From: Streptococcus mitis
Lineage (GTDB): Bacteria; Bacillota; Bacilli; Lactobacillales; Streptococcaceae
NCBI GenBank assembly: GCA_018364455.1
Contig: JAGZLW010000001.1
Coordinates: forward strand, 23,956-87,955
DNA: 64,000 bases
Reading direction: 5' to 3'
The notes beneath the pieces were generated by a model. That model was not told the origin of the DNA. It worked only from the letters and a program-made list of their open reading frames with translations, and ran no database searches. Both the position numbers and the translations under genes were made by a program. The number at the start of each line of letters is the position of its first letter. Position 1 is the stretch's first letter. Shown piece after piece: positions 22,893 to 35,507 of the stretch.

Positions 22893-24668
22893 TTACTCCA
22901 TTCTTCTCTTTTGGGAAATTAAACGTTCCAATTCTTCTAGGGCTGTATCGGTATCTCCTACATGGCTAGCTTCCTGCACCTTCTTTTTGATTCTCATATT
23001 GTCCTGATTCAAGAGAGCCTTGTTTCGAGTCATCTCTACTTCACTAAGTTCCTGCGGTGACATCTCAGCAGGTAAATCCTGAGCTAAGACTTGGTACCAA
23101 GCTCTTTCAACTTCCTCTGTCTGTTCTGCTAGAACTTCTGGAGGAAGATTGCCATACTGGCCAAGCAAGTCATATAAAACCTGAAATTCAGGTGTGTCAA
23201 ATGCAAAATCTTCTCGCAAACGGTAATCATTCAATATAAGGGGAGATTCCATCATTCGATAAAGTAGATGGGCTTCTGCCCTCATAATAGCCGATAACTG
23301 CTTGGTAACAGGCATGGTGATTGGCGTCGGTCTGGAAATTCCTTCCATGCGATTCTGCCTTTGTGCCTGTCGACTCTCATTAACAATCTGCTCAATTTGA
23401 GTATAATCAAAGGATGGCAGACTGTCAGCTAAAATATGAATATAGCTGTTTTGAGCAGTGATAGACTTTTCTTGAACAATCAAGGGAGCTATTTTTTCAA
23501 TAAACTCAATCTGAGCCTGCAGATTTTCACTATTTTCAGGCTTGTACTGGTTAATGTAGAACTCAATCGGACTAATACGAGTTTTCGTTAATAGATAGGC
23601 CAAGTCTTCTGGTCCATTTTTTTGTAGATACTCATCTGGATCCAAGTTATCAGGCATGCTGACGATCTGCACAGGCATATCGCCAATTTCATCTAAGGCT
23701 TTCAATGTCGCAGCTTGCCCAGCCTTATCGCCATCATAAACCAGAACCAACTTCTTGGTTAACCTTTTCAGATGCTCAACATGCTCACGACTCAAGGCCG
23801 TTCCCATAGATGCGACAGCGTTTTCGATTCCAGCCCGATAGGCTGCAATGACATCCATGAATCCTTCCATGAGGTAAATCTCACTGGTTTTACCAGAAGA
23901 TTTTTTTGCCCTATCCATATGATATAATTCGTAACTTTTGTTAAAAATTGCAGTCGATCGGCTATTTTTATACTTAGAAGTTTGTGAATCCGTTTTCTGC
24001 CAGATACGACCTGAGAAGGCAATGACCTTTCCCTGATCATTTGTCAGAGGAAACATAATGCGATTGTGAAAGGTGTCTACAAATTGATTAGCATCCGAGA
24101 GATAAAACAGTCCTGAATCCAGGAAATCCTCATCACGATACTGACCAGTCAAACGTTGATAGAGATAGTTTCGTTCTGGAGGTGCCAAACCAATCCGAAA
24201 ATGCTTAAGCACTTCATCTGTTAAACCACGCTGATAAAGGTAGTTTCTGGCCTCTTCCCCCATGGTCGTTGTCATGAGAATAGCATGATAAAATTTGGCA
24301 GCATCTTCATGCATATCATAAAGAGATTGGTGGGGGGAGGCTGGCTTCTGCTCACTATAAAGCGGTTTTTCCACCTCTATCCCAACACGCTGACCTAAGA
24401 TTTGGACAGCCTCCATAAAAGGAACCCCTTGATACTCCTCGATGAACTTAAAGACATCACCCGAGCGACCACAACCAAAACAGTGATAAAACTGCTTATC
24501 CTCTACAACGTTGAAAGAAGGTGTTTTTTCACCATGAAAAGGACAGAGCCCTATATAGTTCCGTCCTGCCTTTTGTAAAGAAATCACATCTCCTATGACT
24601 TCCACAATGTTGGCATTGTTTTTGATTTCTTCAATGACTTGTTTGTCAACCATACACAATACCTCCAT
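22893..24668 (-). CDS. dnaG: DNA primase
   Basis: 591 aa. Zn-ribbon '[11 protein letters not shown]...CFGCG' and TOPRIM 'YLMEGFMDV...DGDKAGQ' are present. The real start may be 'MVDKQV' at 24653. dnaG-rpoD are adjacent, as in the macromolecular-synthesis operon. Confidence 0.95.
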   Translation of the reverse strand: MEVLCMVDKQVIEEIKNNANIVEVIGDVISLQKAGRNYIGLCPFHGEKTPSFNVVEDKQFYHCFGCGRSGDVFKFIEEYQGVPFMEAVQILGQRVGIEVEKPLYSEQKPASPHQSLYDMHEDAAKFYHAILMTTTMGEEARNYLYQRGLTDEVLKHFRIGLAPPERNYLYQRLTGQYRDEDFLDSGLFYLSDANQFVDTFHNRIMFPLTNDQGKVIAFSGRIWQKTDSQTSKYKNSRSTAIFNKSYELYHMDRAKKSSGKTSEIYLMEGFMDVIAAYRAGIENAVASMGTALSREHVEHLKRLTKKLVLVYDGDKAGQAATLKALDEIGDMPVQIVSMPDNLDPDEYLQKNGPEDLAYLLTKTRISPIEFYINQYKPENSENLQAQIEFIEKIAPLIVQEKSITAQNSYIHILADSLPSFDYTQIEQIVNESRQAQRQNRMEGISRPTPITMPVTKQLSAIMRAEAHLLYRMMESPLILNDYRLREDFAFDTPEFQVLYDLLGQYGNLPPEVLAEQTEEVERAWYQVLAQDLPAEMSPQELSEVEMTRNKALLNQDNMRIKKKVQEASHVGDTDTALEELERLISQKRRME

Positions 24669-24742
24669 GTTATCATAGTTTACTTTATATAGTATACTTT
24701 ATTTCAGAAAAAAAGTAAACCATTTCACTCATTTTCCCTACT

Positions 24743-25501
24743 TTATTCAAAGAGTTGATAATAATCAGAGATTTTCATTTTTGCTTTTTCTTCTTGGTTC
24801 AAATCTTGGATAATTCGTCCTTCTTTCATGACAATCAAGCGATTGCCATATTTGAGAGCATCTTCCATATGATGGGTAATCATAAGTGCTGTCAACTGAT
24901 CATTCTTGACAAATTCATCTGTCAATTCCATCAAGGCCACACTGGTCTTTGGATCAAGGGCCGCAGTATGCTCGTCCAACAAGAGTAATTCAGGACGCTT
25001 CAAGGTTGCCATCAAGAGGCTCAAGGCCTGTCTTTGTCCACCTGATAAAAACTCAATCGGTGTATTCAAGTGTTTCTCAAGACCATTTCCTACTTTTTCA
25101 ATAGTTGCCTGAAATTCATCCTTATAGCTAGCCAGACGTCTTGGTAACAGTCCACGTTTTTCACCACGAAACTTGGCAATCAAAAGATTTTCAGCCACTG
25201 TCATACGAGGAGCTGTCCCCATCTTTGGATCTTGGAAAACACGAGACAGATACTTGGCACGCTTCTCGGGTGAAAACTTGGTAACATCTTCACCCAAAAT
25301 ACGGATGGTTCCACTGGTTAAGGACAAGGTTCCTGCAATAGTGTTAAAGAGGGTCGATTTACCAGCGCCATTTCCACCCAAAATCGTGATAAAATCCTGT
25401 TCAAAAATTTCTAAGGAAACATCATTTAAAATAATCTTTTCTTCATCAAAGCCATTTTTAACGACTTTGGTTGCATTTTTTAATTCTACAATTGCTGTCA
25501 T
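24743..25501 (-). CDS. ABC transporter ATP-binding protein (TrpZ-like, COG1101)
   Basis: 252 aa. Walker A 'GGNGAGKST', 'LSGGQRQ' signature and 'LLLDEHTAALD' Walker B are present. Confidence 0.8.
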   Translation of the reverse strand: MTAIVELKNATKVVKNGFDEEKIILNDVSLEIFEQDFITILGGNGAGKSTLFNTIAGTLSLTSGTIRILGEDVTKFSPEKRAKYLSRVFQDPKMGTAPRMTVAENLLIAKFRGEKRGLLPRRLASYKDEFQATIEKVGNGLEKHLNTPIEFLSGGQRQALSLLMATLKRPELLLLDEHTAALDPKTSVALMELTDEFVKNDQLTALMITHHMEDALKYGNRLIVMKEGRIIQDLNQEEKAKMKISDYYQLFE

Positions 25502-26433
25502 TTGCTTAATTTGGCTCCTTTCAAGATGGTTTGCTTAAATGTTGGAATCATGAGGCAGACTGCTAAAATCACTGCACTGTATAGACGAAGGTAACTTGTG
25601 TTAAAGCCAAGCGCGATAACTGCCCATACTAAGAATTGATAGGCAATAGAACCTACAACGATGGTAACCAAACGCTCTGCCAAGCTCAAACTCTTGAAGA
25701 TAACTTCTCCAATAATCAAACTTGCAAGCCCCACAACGATGACACCAATTCCTCGAGAAACATCAGCATAGCCTTCTTGCTGGGCAATGAGGGCACCTGC
25801 AAGGGCAATCACCCCATTTGATAAGACCAAGCCCATGAGCTCCATGCGTCCAGTATGAATTCCGAAACTTCTAGCCATATCAGGATTGTCACCTGTAGCA
25901 ATATAGGCTTGTCCAAGTTTAGTGTCCAAGAAAAAGAGCATGAGAGCAATGACAAGACTGACAAAGATAAGACCTGTCAAGAGTTGGTTCAAGTCTGAAT
26001 CAAAAGGTAAGACATCCTGGATTTGCTTAGTTCCAAGCAAGCCTAAATTTGCACGTCCCATAATCAAGAGCATGATAGAGTGACAAGAAGTCATCACCAA
26101 AATCCCTGAGAGCAAGGTTGGAATCTTCCCTTTTGTATAAAGAAGACCTGCTGCCATTCCAGCCAAACAACCTGCTCCTACAGCAACAAGTGTCGCTAAA
26201 AAGGGATTTACACCTTTGGTTATCAGAGTGACAGCAACAGCTCCCCCAAGAGGGAAGGAACCTTCTGTCGTCATATCTGGAAAGTTTAAAATCCTAAATG
26301 TCATAAAGATTCCCAGACCTAAAATAGCCCAGACAAATCCTTGAGAAATAATAGATAATATCATCTGTTTCTTAACCTTTTCTATATGATTTCTATTGTA
26401 AAAAATTGGAGGAGATGTCCCCAACTCCTCCAT
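25498..26433 (-). CDS. ABC transporter permease (TrpY-like, COG4120)
   Basis: 311 aa with about 8 TM helices. Its start overlaps the ATPase gene. Confidence 0.8.
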   Translation of the reverse strand: MEELGTSPPIFYNRNHIEKVKKQMILSIISQGFVWAILGLGIFMTFRILNFPDMTTEGSFPLGGAVAVTLITKGVNPFLATLVAVGAGCLAGMAAGLLYTKGKIPTLLSGILVMTSCHSIMLLIMGRANLGLLGTKQIQDVLPFDSDLNQLLTGLIFVSLVIALMLFFLDTKLGQAYIATGDNPDMARSFGIHTGRMELMGLVLSNGVIALAGALIAQQEGYADVSRGIGVIVVGLASLIIGEVIFKSLSLAERLVTIVVGSIAYQFLVWAVIALGFNTSYLRLYSAVILAVCLMIPTFKQTILKGAKLSK

Positions 26434-26439
26434 TACAGA

Positions 26440-27435
26440 TTATTCAATCACTTGTCCTGCTTCTTTTAGAACAGATTCAGGAATAGTAATACCAAGTTCT
26501 TGTGCCAATTTTTTATTGATCACTGATTTACCAGTTGAAAAGACATTCACTGGTGTATCAGCTGGTTTTGCTCCTTTCAGAACTTGAGCAATCATTTTAC
26601 CAGTTGCCACACCAAGGTCATGTTGGTCAACTACAACGGATGCCAAACCACCTGCTTCTACCATGGCAGTTGCACTTGGGTAGATTGGTTTTTTAGCTGA
26701 TTGGTTGCTTGATACAACAGTTGAGAAGGCTGAAGCAATTGTGTTATCAATTGGAACCCAGATAGCATCGACCTTGCTAGTCATAACGTTAACTGTTGAA
26801 GCAATTTCATTTGTTGAAGGAACTGCAAATGTTTCCACTGTCAAACCTGCTTTTTCAGCATAAGCTTTAAATTCTTCTACCTGTGTTTTTGAATTGTCTT
26901 CACTACTTGAGTAAAGAGCACCGATTGTTTTCACATTTGGTGTCAGAGCCTTGATGAGTTCAACTTGTTGTTGAGCTGGGTTGTGGTCAGATACCCCTGT
27001 AATGTTGCCACCTGGTTTTTTCAAATCTTTAACCAAGTTAGCACCGATTGGGTCTGTAATAGCAGCCATGATAACAGGTATATCTTTTGTTGCACTAGCC
27101 AAACCTTGAGCAGCTGGTGTTGCGATACCAACAACCAAGTCATTACCATTCGCAACCAATTGTTTACTCATTGTCGCAACCTTACTTTGGTCACCTTCTG
27201 AGTTCATAAAGTCGATCTTCAACTGATCATCTTTATAGCCTTCTTCTGCAAGTCCATCTTGAATCCCTTTATAAATCAAGTCAAGAGATGGATGGCTCAC
27301 AAACTGAAGGACACCAACTTTGGCAACTTTCTTTTCATTCTTAGCTTCTGGTTTATTCATTGAAGAGTAAATCAAGCTTCCTGCTACTAAGACTGCTAAT
27401 GCAACGATAATTCCAATTAAACGTTTATTTTTCAT
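26440..27435 (-). CDS. ABC transporter substrate-binding lipoprotein (TrpX-like, COG2984)
   Basis: 331 aa with a signal peptide and lipobox-like N-terminus. It is the first gene after a T-box leader. Confidence 0.75.
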   Translation of the reverse strand: MKNKRLIGIIVALAVLVAGSLIYSSMNKPEAKNEKKVAKVGVLQFVSHPSLDLIYKGIQDGLAEEGYKDDQLKIDFMNSEGDQSKVATMSKQLVANGNDLVVGIATPAAQGLASATKDIPVIMAAITDPIGANLVKDLKKPGGNITGVSDHNPAQQQVELIKALTPNVKTIGALYSSSEDNSKTQVEEFKAYAEKAGLTVETFAVPSTNEIASTVNVMTSKVDAIWVPIDNTIASAFSTVVSSNQSAKKPIYPSATAMVEAGGLASVVVDQHDLGVATGKMIAQVLKGAKPADTPVNVFSTGKSVINKKLAQELGITIPESVLKEAGQVIE

Positions 27436-27479
27436 TCTATTTCTCCTTTTTAATTCCTTTAAAATACTTCACTTATCTA

Positions 27480-27759
27480 AACAAGCGACGCCATCGTTTT
27501 CTTTCCATACTAACCTCCATCAAAAAAGTCCTCACACAAAAAACTTGTGTGAGGACGTCGATGCGCGGTACCACCTCAATTATAGGGAATTTCCCTATCG
27601 CTCTGTCTCGCAATAACGAGATGCACTGTAAGGTGTGCTCACCGAATTTTTATGATTTCAAATTCTAAATAACATTCAGCCCAATTTTCATCATCACCAC
27701 TTATCTGTTTTCAGCTACCACAGACTCTCTAAAAAGTTTGTATGATTACTTTTCTGAAT
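27480..27759 (-). promoter_or_regulatory. T-box leader (tRNA-sensing antiterminator), probably Trp-specific, with its promoter
   Basis: The minus strand reads '...AATTGAGGTGGTACCGCGCATCGAC' (T-box consensus AGGGTGGNACCGCG). A terminator 'gtcctcacacaagttttttgtgtgaggac' + 'tttttt' immediately follows, and an 'agagag' stem-I start lies upstream. A sigma-A promoter is also present on the minus strand (TTGACA at 27788-27793, TATAAT at 27766-27771; not on the plus strand). UGG triplets occur in the stem I region. Confidence 0.7.
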
Positions 27760-27861
27760 GGTTAAATTATATCATTTTTCAACTACTTGTCAAGACTCTT
27801 TGAGAATTTTTTTGAAATATTCAAAAACTTCCCCTATAGAAAAGAGGAAGTTTGATGGGTA

Positions 27862-30564
27862 TCAGCCTGAATTACGCAATCCTGTTGCAATTCCGTTGAT
27901 GGTTGTATGGATTAATTTTTCTTGATCGCTTGATAATTCTCCACGACGTTGACGTTTAATCAACTCCAACTGGATATAGTTGAGGATATTAAAGTAAGGC
28001 ATACGGTAATCCAAACTTGCTTTCAGATATGGATTTTCAGCCAAGAGTTCATCATAACCTTCGATAGCCAAGATAACTTCCTTGGTAACTTGCCATTCAT
28101 TTAGAATAGTCTCATAGATTGCTTTTACTTGATCATCTTCACAAAGTTTGGCATATTCAAAAGCAATGTTCATATTTGATTTTGACAAGACCATGTCGAC
28201 ATTTGAAAGAAGCGATTGGAAGAAAGGCCAGTTTTGGTACATATCTCGTAAGATAGCGATATTCTCTGGATTTTTATCGATAAATTCCTTGAAGCTTGAA
28301 CCAACCCCATACCAACCAGGAAACATGACGCGACTTTGCGACCATGAGAATACCCAAGGGATAGCTCGCAAACCACCGATTTCAGTAATCGTCTTACGAG
28401 CGGCTGGTCGAGAACCAATATTAAAGCTTGAAATAGCCTTGATTGGACTTGACTCGAAGAAATAATCATAGAAATGGTCATTACCAAAGACCAAATCACG
28501 GTAGATATCATAACTACGGTCCACCACTTGGTCCATAATGGCTTCATAACGATTTGAGGTATTGGTATCACTCTTCTTCTGAGTAATCATACGGTTAATG
28601 GCCGCTGAAACCAGCATTTCAAGGTTATAGTAAGCAGCGTCTTTGTTACCGTATTTATTCCCAATTACTTCCCCCTGCTCCGTCAAACGGATACGATCCT
28701 TGATAGACTTGAGCGGTTGAGATGTGATGGCTTCATAGGTTGGTCCACCACCACGACCGACAGTCCCACCACGGCCATGGAAGAAGGTAACCTTAACGCC
28801 AAATTCATCTCCAATAGCAGTCAATTGTTGTTGAGCCTTGTAGAGAGTCCAACATGATGAAAGATAACCACCATCTTTATTACTATCAGAGTAACCAAGC
28901 ATGATTTCTTGATAGTTATTACGTGAAGCAATCCATTTCTTAGCAAGAGGAAGAGAAAGGTATTCTCTCATGGTTTCTTCTGAGTGGTCCAAGTCCTCGA
29001 TTGTTTCAAAGAGAGGAACGATTTGGACACGGGCTCTTTCTTTATCAACTAGCCCTACTTCTTTTAACAAGATAGCCAATTCCAACATGTCTGATACGCT
29101 AGTTGCATGTGAAATAATGGTTTGACGAATAACATCATCGCCCAACTTATCTTTCAACTTACGAGCAGCTTTAAAGATGGCCAATTCTTTTTCAAGTAAC
29201 TCTGATTTTTCAACATGAGTTGCAGAAAGAATACGTGGATCTTCTTCCAATTCTTTCAATAGAAGCTGGCATTTTTCTTCTTCACTTAGTTCGCTATAAT
29301 GAGAATGAATACCTGCTGATTTCAAGAGTTCAGCTACACAGGCTTCATGAACACTAGAATCTTGACGCATGTCAATAGATGCCAAATAGAAACCAAAAAT
29401 TTCAACTGCCTGAATCAGCTCAACAAAATCACCAGAAATCAGTGCTTCACCCTTATTTTCCAAGAGGGAATCACGAATGGTAATTAAATCCTTATAAAAA
29501 TCATTGGCCGTTTCATAGCGAGCCCCAACTTCCTTATCCTCAATCAGATAGGTTTTTGTTGCTTGGATTTTTGATTGAATATCAAACAAGGCACGACGGT
29601 AAAGCTCTTTTTCACGGTAGATCGAGTTATCCTTGGATTGACGAGCCATTTCTCTGACTTGCTTGCTGACATTAACAATACTGGTTGAGAGAGAGAATTC
29701 ACGATAAAGTTGGTAAATTTTTTCATCATAGTAGTTCATGATGACTTCACACTGAGTCATAGCAGATTGTTTCAAGGTATCTGCTGTAACAAAAGGATTC
29801 CCATCACGGTCTCCACCAATCCACATTCCCATGGTAATTGGTTTAGGATGTTTCAACTCCAAGCCGTGTTTTTTAGCCAGACGCTTGTACTCAGCAGTCA
29901 AATGAGGAACAGCTTTCAGGAATGAACTATTGTAGTATTCCATAACATTCGTGATTTCATTGGTTACTTTCAATTTCTTTTCACGAATCATGTCTGTCTG
30001 CATGATAATCTCAATGTAACGACGGAGATCATTATGCCATTTTTCCTTATTAATCAAGCCTAATTTCACATCACGGTACTTACGCAAGAGGGTGTGGATA
30101 TGGTTGGTCAAATCCAGCATACTCTTACGTTGAACTTGTGTTGGATGGGCTGTCAAAACTGGAACAACATTCAAATGTTCTAGAATTTCAACCGCATTTT
30201 CTTTTTCTGCAACCATTTTGATTGTTGCTGACAATTTCCCAAGATAATCTTGATCGATATTGTTTTGGTGGTTGATTTCATAGGCCAAATCCACGTCTTC
30301 TGAAATATTAATCAAGAGAGGCAAGATAGAGAAATAGCGTGAAATATAAGCCATTTCATCATTTGTAAGGCTAGTAACCAATTGGTTCAAGCCTTGATAA
30401 TCTTCTTGAGTTGATAATTCCTTCAACTGCATGATTTTTTCAAAAGTTTCTGGGGCAAGCATATTTTTAGTGATATCTTCTAACAATTCTGTTAAAATCA
30501 ATACTTCTTCTTGCACGACAGCTTTATTACTATAGTTTTCTAATTTTTGAAGAGACATAGGCAA
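27862..30564 (-). CDS. ppc: phosphoenolpyruvate carboxylase
   Basis: 900 aa. 'VLTAHPTQ' and '[10 protein letters not shown]' PEPC motifs, and the C-terminal 'TGLRNSG'. Confidence 0.95.
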   Translation of the reverse strand: MPMSLQKLENYSNKAVVQEEVLILTELLEDITKNMLAPETFEKIMQLKELSTQEDYQGLNQLVTSLTNDEMAYISRYFSILPLLINISEDVDLAYEINHQNNIDQDYLGKLSATIKMVAEKENAVEILEHLNVVPVLTAHPTQVQRKSMLDLTNHIHTLLRKYRDVKLGLINKEKWHNDLRRYIEIIMQTDMIREKKLKVTNEITNVMEYYNSSFLKAVPHLTAEYKRLAKKHGLELKHPKPITMGMWIGGDRDGNPFVTADTLKQSAMTQCEVIMNYYDEKIYQLYREFSLSTSIVNVSKQVREMARQSKDNSIYREKELYRRALFDIQSKIQATKTYLIEDKEVGARYETANDFYKDLITIRDSLLENKGEALISGDFVELIQAVEIFGFYLASIDMRQDSSVHEACVAELLKSAGIHSHYSELSEEEKCQLLLKELEEDPRILSATHVEKSELLEKELAIFKAARKLKDKLGDDVIRQTIISHATSVSDMLELAILLKEVGLVDKERARVQIVPLFETIEDLDHSEETMREYLSLPLAKKWIASRNNYQEIMLGYSDSNKDGGYLSSCWTLYKAQQQLTAIGDEFGVKVTFFHGRGGTVGRGGGPTYEAITSQPLKSIKDRIRLTEQGEVIGNKYGNKDAAYYNLEMLVSAAINRMITQKKSDTNTSNRYEAIMDQVVDRSYDIYRDLVFGNDHFYDYFFESSPIKAISSFNIGSRPAARKTITEIGGLRAIPWVFSWSQSRVMFPGWYGVGSSFKEFIDKNPENIAILRDMYQNWPFFQSLLSNVDMVLSKSNMNIAFEYAKLCEDDQVKAIYETILNEWQVTKEVILAIEGYDELLAENPYLKASLDYRMPYFNILNYIQLELIKRQRRGELSSDQEKLIHTTINGIATGLRNSG

Positions 30565-30582
30565 TCCTTTCTACTCTCAGCG

Positions 30583-31806
30583 CTACATATAGTGTGATGA
30601 GTGAGCTTCTAACTCCTCATACAATTTGGCACGTTTTTCACTTGCATCAATATTTAAGACAAAGGCGATGGCTACAGATAATACCAAAAGACTGTTCCCT
30701 CCTTGCGATAAGAAGGGGAAGGTAACTCCTGTTGAGGGAATAATACCAGAAATTCCACCGATATTAACAAAGACCTGTACCAACATCATCCCCCCAACTC
30801 CAATCGCCATCATGGAATTAAAGGGATTCTTAGCACGAATTCCTACTAGGATAATTCGCAAAATGAGGAAAAAGACAAGTGCTAAAATCAAGCTGGCACC
30901 CACAAATCCAAACTCTTCAATGACAATTGAAAATACAAAGTCTGTATGGGCTTCTGGTAGATAGCCACGTTTTTCGATTGAATTTCCTAAGCCTAGACCA
31001 AACCAGCCACCATTGACCATGGCAAAGTAAGAATTTGCAAGTTGGTGGCCTGCTCCTGCCAAATCAGCAAAGGGATTAAAATAGGCGCTGAAACGTTTAG
31101 CCACATATCCAAATACTGGAACTTTTGAAAACTTATCAACCCCTATCATATCAATAGCTGTTAAGGAAAGAGCCGAAACTCCAAACAAAAGACCGATAAA
31201 GGCTATAAACCAACGATGAGCAATCCCACTAACTGTATACATAATCAAGGCAACCAAAGCTAGGATAGTAGCATTCCCCAAATCTGGGAAAATAGCCAGA
31301 CTTCCTATCATTACCAAGAGGACAAAGCGCCAATCATTAAAAGCACGAGGAATCCATTGATTTTGAGTTAAAACTTGGAAATCATAAACAGCAATTTCAT
31401 CCTGTTGTTTTGAAAAACGTTGAGCCAAGTACCAGACGATAATAATCTTCAAATACTCAGCTGGCTGAATGGTCAAAGGTCCTACTGATATCCAACCATA
31501 GGCTCCATTAACTGGCGTACCAATTAAGCGAGCCAGAGCTAATAGAATTAGCTCAATAAACATAACAATAAATAAAAGTCGTTCTTTTCTTAAAAAATTT
31601 AGTTTCAGCTTATATATCAAGGCAATCAATATTAAACTAAAGCCCCAAAACATTCCCTGACTTCGAACTAATTGCAGGGCACTTTTACCTTCTTCGATAA
31701 GAATGGCACTGGTTGTAGAATAAACTACAATCAAGCCCAAAATAGATAAAAGTAAATAAGGAACTAGGATAGAATAGTTTAATAGGTGCCTCTTACTAAT
31801 CTTCAT
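30583..31806 (-). CDS. ftsW: FtsW/RodA/SpoVE (SEDS) family peptidoglycan polymerase, FtsW-like
   Basis: 407 aa with 10 TM helices. Overall SEDS-family similarity. ftsW-ppc adjacency matches pneumococcal context. Confidence 0.8.
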   Translation of the reverse strand: MKISKRHLLNYSILVPYLLLSILGLIVVYSTTSAILIEEGKSALQLVRSQGMFWGFSLILIALIYKLKLNFLRKERLLFIVMFIELILLALARLIGTPVNGAYGWISVGPLTIQPAEYLKIIIVWYLAQRFSKQQDEIAVYDFQVLTQNQWIPRAFNDWRFVLLVMIGSLAIFPDLGNATILALVALIMYTVSGIAHRWFIAFIGLLFGVSALSLTAIDMIGVDKFSKVPVFGYVAKRFSAYFNPFADLAGAGHQLANSYFAMVNGGWFGLGLGNSIEKRGYLPEAHTDFVFSIVIEEFGFVGASLILALVFFLILRIILVGIRAKNPFNSMMAIGVGGMMLVQVFVNIGGISGIIPSTGVTFPFLSQGGNSLLVLSVAIAFVLNIDASEKRAKLYEELEAHSSHYM

Positions 31807-31966
31807 AGTATCACCAATCTAATGAGAACAAAAAAATGATTCCCAAATTCCGTTTATTTTCTAGTTTTGATTGCTATTATACCATTTTTTCCGAAAGAAA
31901 AAAACTCTTATCCATCAGATAGACCATTTTTGTCATAAGAAAAAGAGCACTTGGCCCTTTTCTGTT

Positions 31967-32905
31967 TTATTCTTTTGATGAACTGCTTGAGCTTGAATCT
32001 CCGCCACCAATATATTGGGTAAAGATATTTTGGAAGGCTTGGTCCTTAACCTTGATATTAGCTGCTTGCAATTCTTTTCCGATAATGCTTTGAACAAATG
32101 TTGAATCATTTTGTTTTTGAGTCAAGATAACAGTTTTTAATTTTTCTTTGTAGTCATCAATATTAGATGATTTTTCTGTTTTCTTAATGAGTTTTACAAT
32201 GTAATATTGGCTACTGTAGGCTTGTGTACCAGTTGCTGTGATCACATCAGAAATGCCATTTACATCTAAAGCGAAAGCGGCTTTTTTAACTTGTTCTGGT
32301 ACTTCTGTTGAAGCAGAATCAAAGGTGATTTCTCCACCATTCGCTTTAGTTTTCTCATCCGTTGAGTTATCTTTAGCTAATTGAGCAAAGTCTGCATCAC
32401 TAGCTTTGGCTTTTTCGAGAACTTCTTTGGCCTTATCTTCATTATCAAGACGGATGATTTGAACCGTTACATCTGGAGTGTACTCATCAAAGGCTTTCTT
32501 ATAAGCATCATCTGTCAATTCAGCTTCTGCTGCCTTCTTAACTGCCAACTCAACTAATTTACTTGTACGAATTTGAGCTTTACGTGTTTCAAGGGTCATT
32601 CCTGCTTGTGACAAGACACGTTGGTAGTTCTCACCATATTGTTTTTCTTCTTCGGCAATCGTGTCGTTGACTTCTTTGTCATCTACTTCTGAGCCATATT
32701 GCTTCTCAAATACTTTTTGGATAGTCAAGTTCAACAACACTTGTTGGGCTGAAGGATTGCTTTTCACTTGCTCATAAAATTGATGTTCTGTGATGACATC
32801 TCCTTTCATGCTGATAAGGTCTGCCCCTTCTGAACCTTTCGAACAAGCTGCTAAAGTTGCTACTGATAATAGTGTAATGGCACCTGCCAATAGTTTTTTC
32901 TTCAT
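31967..32905 (-). CDS. prsA: foldase lipoprotein PrsA (peptidyl-prolyl isomerase)
   Basis: 312 aa. Lipobox 'LAAC', a parvulin-like central domain and a poly-Ser C-terminus. Confidence 0.85.
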   Translation of the reverse strand: MKKKLLAGAITLLSVATLAACSKGSEGADLISMKGDVITEHQFYEQVKSNPSAQQVLLNLTIQKVFEKQYGSEVDDKEVNDTIAEEEKQYGENYQRVLSQAGMTLETRKAQIRTSKLVELAVKKAAEAELTDDAYKKAFDEYTPDVTVQIIRLDNEDKAKEVLEKAKASDADFAQLAKDNSTDEKTKANGGEITFDSASTEVPEQVKKAAFALDVNGISDVITATGTQAYSSQYYIVKLIKKTEKSSNIDDYKEKLKTVILTQKQNDSTFVQSIIGKELQAANIKVKDQAFQNIFTQYIGGGDSSSSSSSKE

Positions 32906-32971
32906 GTCTACTCCTTTGAGATAAGTGTTACTCTATCTATTTTACTATATTTTCTTAAATTATTCTGAAAA

Positions 32972-33727
32972 TCATTCGCTAACAGGCAATTGAACGTCTG
33001 CTACATTTTTACGAAGCATGAGAATGCCGTCCCCTAAAGGTACTAATGTTGCAGTGAGTCCTGGATTATCTAAGGTTGCATCAAATAATCTTTGAAGGCC
33101 ACGATAAATGGTTCGCTGGCCACGACGAACCTCCATAATGTCCTTGGCAACATCACCACCTTGGAAAATATCATCCAAGACAACCACGCCTCCAACGTCC
33201 AAGTGTTTGAGGATTTCTGGCAGAAAGACGATATATTTAGACTTGGCAGAATCCATAAAGACAAAATCATAGGACTCTGTCAAGGTTGATAAGACATCTA
33301 CCGCATCTCCTTCTAAAAGCGTGATTTGCTTACGACTGTCAAACTGGGCAAAATTTTCCTTGGCAAATCCAATCATCTCTGGATTGCGGTCAATTGTTGT
33401 AATTTTGGCATCTGGCGCATGTTCTGCCATCAAGAGGGCAGAAAAACCGATAGCCGTCCCAATTTCCAGTATGTTTTTAGGTTGCATGGTTTCCATGAGA
33501 AAACGGAAATAAGCAACCGTTTCATGGGGGATGATGGGAATATTTTCCTTGTGAGCAAAGTCTTCCAATTCTTTCAGGGAACCTGTGACTTGCTTTTGAC
33601 GCTGACGCATCAAGTCAACAATTTCTTCCTTGACGACAGGGCGACGCATGTTATGGTTGGCATTCTTACTATACGATTCAACCATCTTATGCCAATCCCA
33701 ATTTTTCAACAAGGGCTTCAAACTCAT
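32972..33727 (-). CDS. class I SAM-dependent O-methyltransferase (YrrM/TrmR-like)
   Basis: 251 aa. '[11 protein letters not shown]' motif I. The start is uncertain because the listed start overlaps the pepF 3' end by 41 nt. Confidence 0.75.
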   Translation of the reverse strand: MSLKPLLKNWDWHKMVESYSKNANHNMRRPVVKEEIVDLMRQRQKQVTGSLKELEDFAHKENIPIIPHETVAYFRFLMETMQPKNILEIGTAIGFSALLMAEHAPDAKITTIDRNPEMIGFAKENFAQFDSRKQITLLEGDAVDVLSTLTESYDFVFMDSAKSKYIVFLPEILKHLDVGGVVVLDDIFQGGDVAKDIMEVRRGQRTIYRGLQRLFDATLDNPGLTATLVPLGDGILMLRKNVADVQLPVSE

Positions 33728-35489
33728 TCAAACGACGTTCAAAGACTGCAAAGGCATCGTTGAGATAGTCTTCCTTCTCCATATCAACACCAGCTTTTCT
33801 CATGACATTAAGTGGATAGTCAGATTTACCTGCCTTGAGGTAGTCGATATAGCGCTCACGGTCTTCTTGACTACCATGGACAATTTTTTCAGCCAGGGCT
33901 GAAGCTGCTGCAAAGCCTGTTGAATATTGATATACATAATAGTTATAGTAGAAGTGTGGGATGCGGGCCCACTCGTATTGGATTTCAGGATTGTCTTCCT
34001 TACTCAAACCATAATACTCTTGGTTCAAGTTTGCGTAGAGTTTATTTAGGAAATCGCTTGTCAAGACTTCCCCATTTTGATCCGCTTGGTGAATAGCGTG
34101 TTCAAACTCGGCAAATTGAGTTTGGCGGAAAACTGTTCCACGGAAACCATCTAGGAAGTTATTGAGAATAGCAAAGCGCGTTGCGTCGTCTTCCACTTCT
34201 TCCAATAATTTCTCCGTCAAGATATTTTCATTGGTAGTTGAAGCGATCTCAGCCAAGAAGATAGAATAATCTCCGTAAACATAAGGCTGCGTTTCACGAG
34301 TATAGCTTGAATGCATACTGTGACCTGTTTCATGAACAAGAGTAAAGAGATTGTCTAGATTATCCTGCCAGTTAAGAAGCATGAAGGCATTGGTATCGTA
34401 AGAACCACCAGAATAGGCCCCTGAACGCTTGCCTTGGTTTTCGTAAACATCAATCCAACGCTCACTGAAGGCACGTTTAACACGGCTCAAGTAATCCTCT
34501 CCCAATACTGCCAAGGCATCTTCTGCTTTTTTCAAGGCTTCTTGGTAGGTAAAGCTATATTCAACAGATGAAAGCGGTGTGTAGACATCGTACATCTTGA
34601 GGTCTGAAATTCCCAAAATCTTTGAACGAAGCTCAAGGTAACGATGCAAGAGTGGCAAATGCTTGCGAACTGCTGCTACCAAATTGTCATAAACACTTTC
34701 TGGAACAAAATTCGCTGCGAGGGCTGCATGACGAGCACTCTTGTAGTTGCGAACTTTTGCACGATAGTTTTGAACCTTAACATTGGTTTGCAAGGTTTTG
34801 GCATAAGTATGTTGGAATTGCTCATAAGTCGCATAAAGTGCTTGATAGGCCCCACGGCGAACCTCACGATTTTTAGACTCCATCAGACGTGTGTAAGTCC
34901 CATGAGAAAGCTGCACTTCCTTACCATCATCGTCAAGAACATAAGGGAACACAATATCCGCATTGTCCAAGATAGCGAAAGTTTCACTTGCCGAACCAAA
35001 GATTTCACCAGCTCCAGCCAATAATTCTTCTTCGCGTTGTGAAAGAACGTGATCCTTGCCTTGCAAAAGCTTGTCAAAATAGTGTTGATAAACCTGCAAT
35101 TTTGGTTGAGCTTCTAAAAAGTCAGCATACTGCTTTTCGCTAATCTCCATAAATTCAGGTTCATAGAATGAAAAGGCTTGGTCTAACTGGCTGTAGAGTG
35201 TCATGGCTTTAGCATAGTACTCTTGGTACTTGGCTTCACGTGTATCCTGGTCATTTTTCATATGAGCATAAACGTAAAGCTTCTCCATCTGGCGTTCCAT
35301 TTCAAGAGAAAATTCAGTAATTTCTAGTAGGCTATCCGCACTATCCAAGAGATGGCCTTCATACTGGGCTACTGTCTCCAATTGTTCTGTTAAATCTTTT
35401 AAGGCTTCTTCCCAAGCCTGGTCAGTTGGGTAGATCGTTGATAGATCCCATGTATCTTTTTCATTTATTTCATGTCTTTGTAATACCAT
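33687..35489 (-). CDS. pepF: oligoendopeptidase F (M3B metallopeptidase)
   Basis: 600 aa. Zn-binding 'HETGHSMH' motif. Confidence 0.9.
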   Translation of the reverse strand: MVLQRHEINEKDTWDLSTIYPTDQAWEEALKDLTEQLETVAQYEGHLLDSADSLLEITEFSLEMERQMEKLYVYAHMKNDQDTREAKYQEYYAKAMTLYSQLDQAFSFYEPEFMEISEKQYADFLEAQPKLQVYQHYFDKLLQGKDHVLSQREEELLAGAGEIFGSASETFAILDNADIVFPYVLDDDGKEVQLSHGTYTRLMESKNREVRRGAYQALYATYEQFQHTYAKTLQTNVKVQNYRAKVRNYKSARHAALAANFVPESVYDNLVAAVRKHLPLLHRYLELRSKILGISDLKMYDVYTPLSSVEYSFTYQEALKKAEDALAVLGEDYLSRVKRAFSERWIDVYENQGKRSGAYSGGSYDTNAFMLLNWQDNLDNLFTLVHETGHSMHSSYTRETQPYVYGDYSIFLAEIASTTNENILTEKLLEEVEDDATRFAILNNFLDGFRGTVFRQTQFAEFEHAIHQADQNGEVLTSDFLNKLYANLNQEYYGLSKEDNPEIQYEWARIPHFYYNYYVYQYSTGFAAASALAEKIVHGSQEDRERYIDYLKAGKSDYPLNVMRKAGVDMEKEDYLNDAFAVFERRLNEFEALVEKLGLA

Positions 35490-35507
35490 TAGATTCCTCC
35501 ATCCTTT

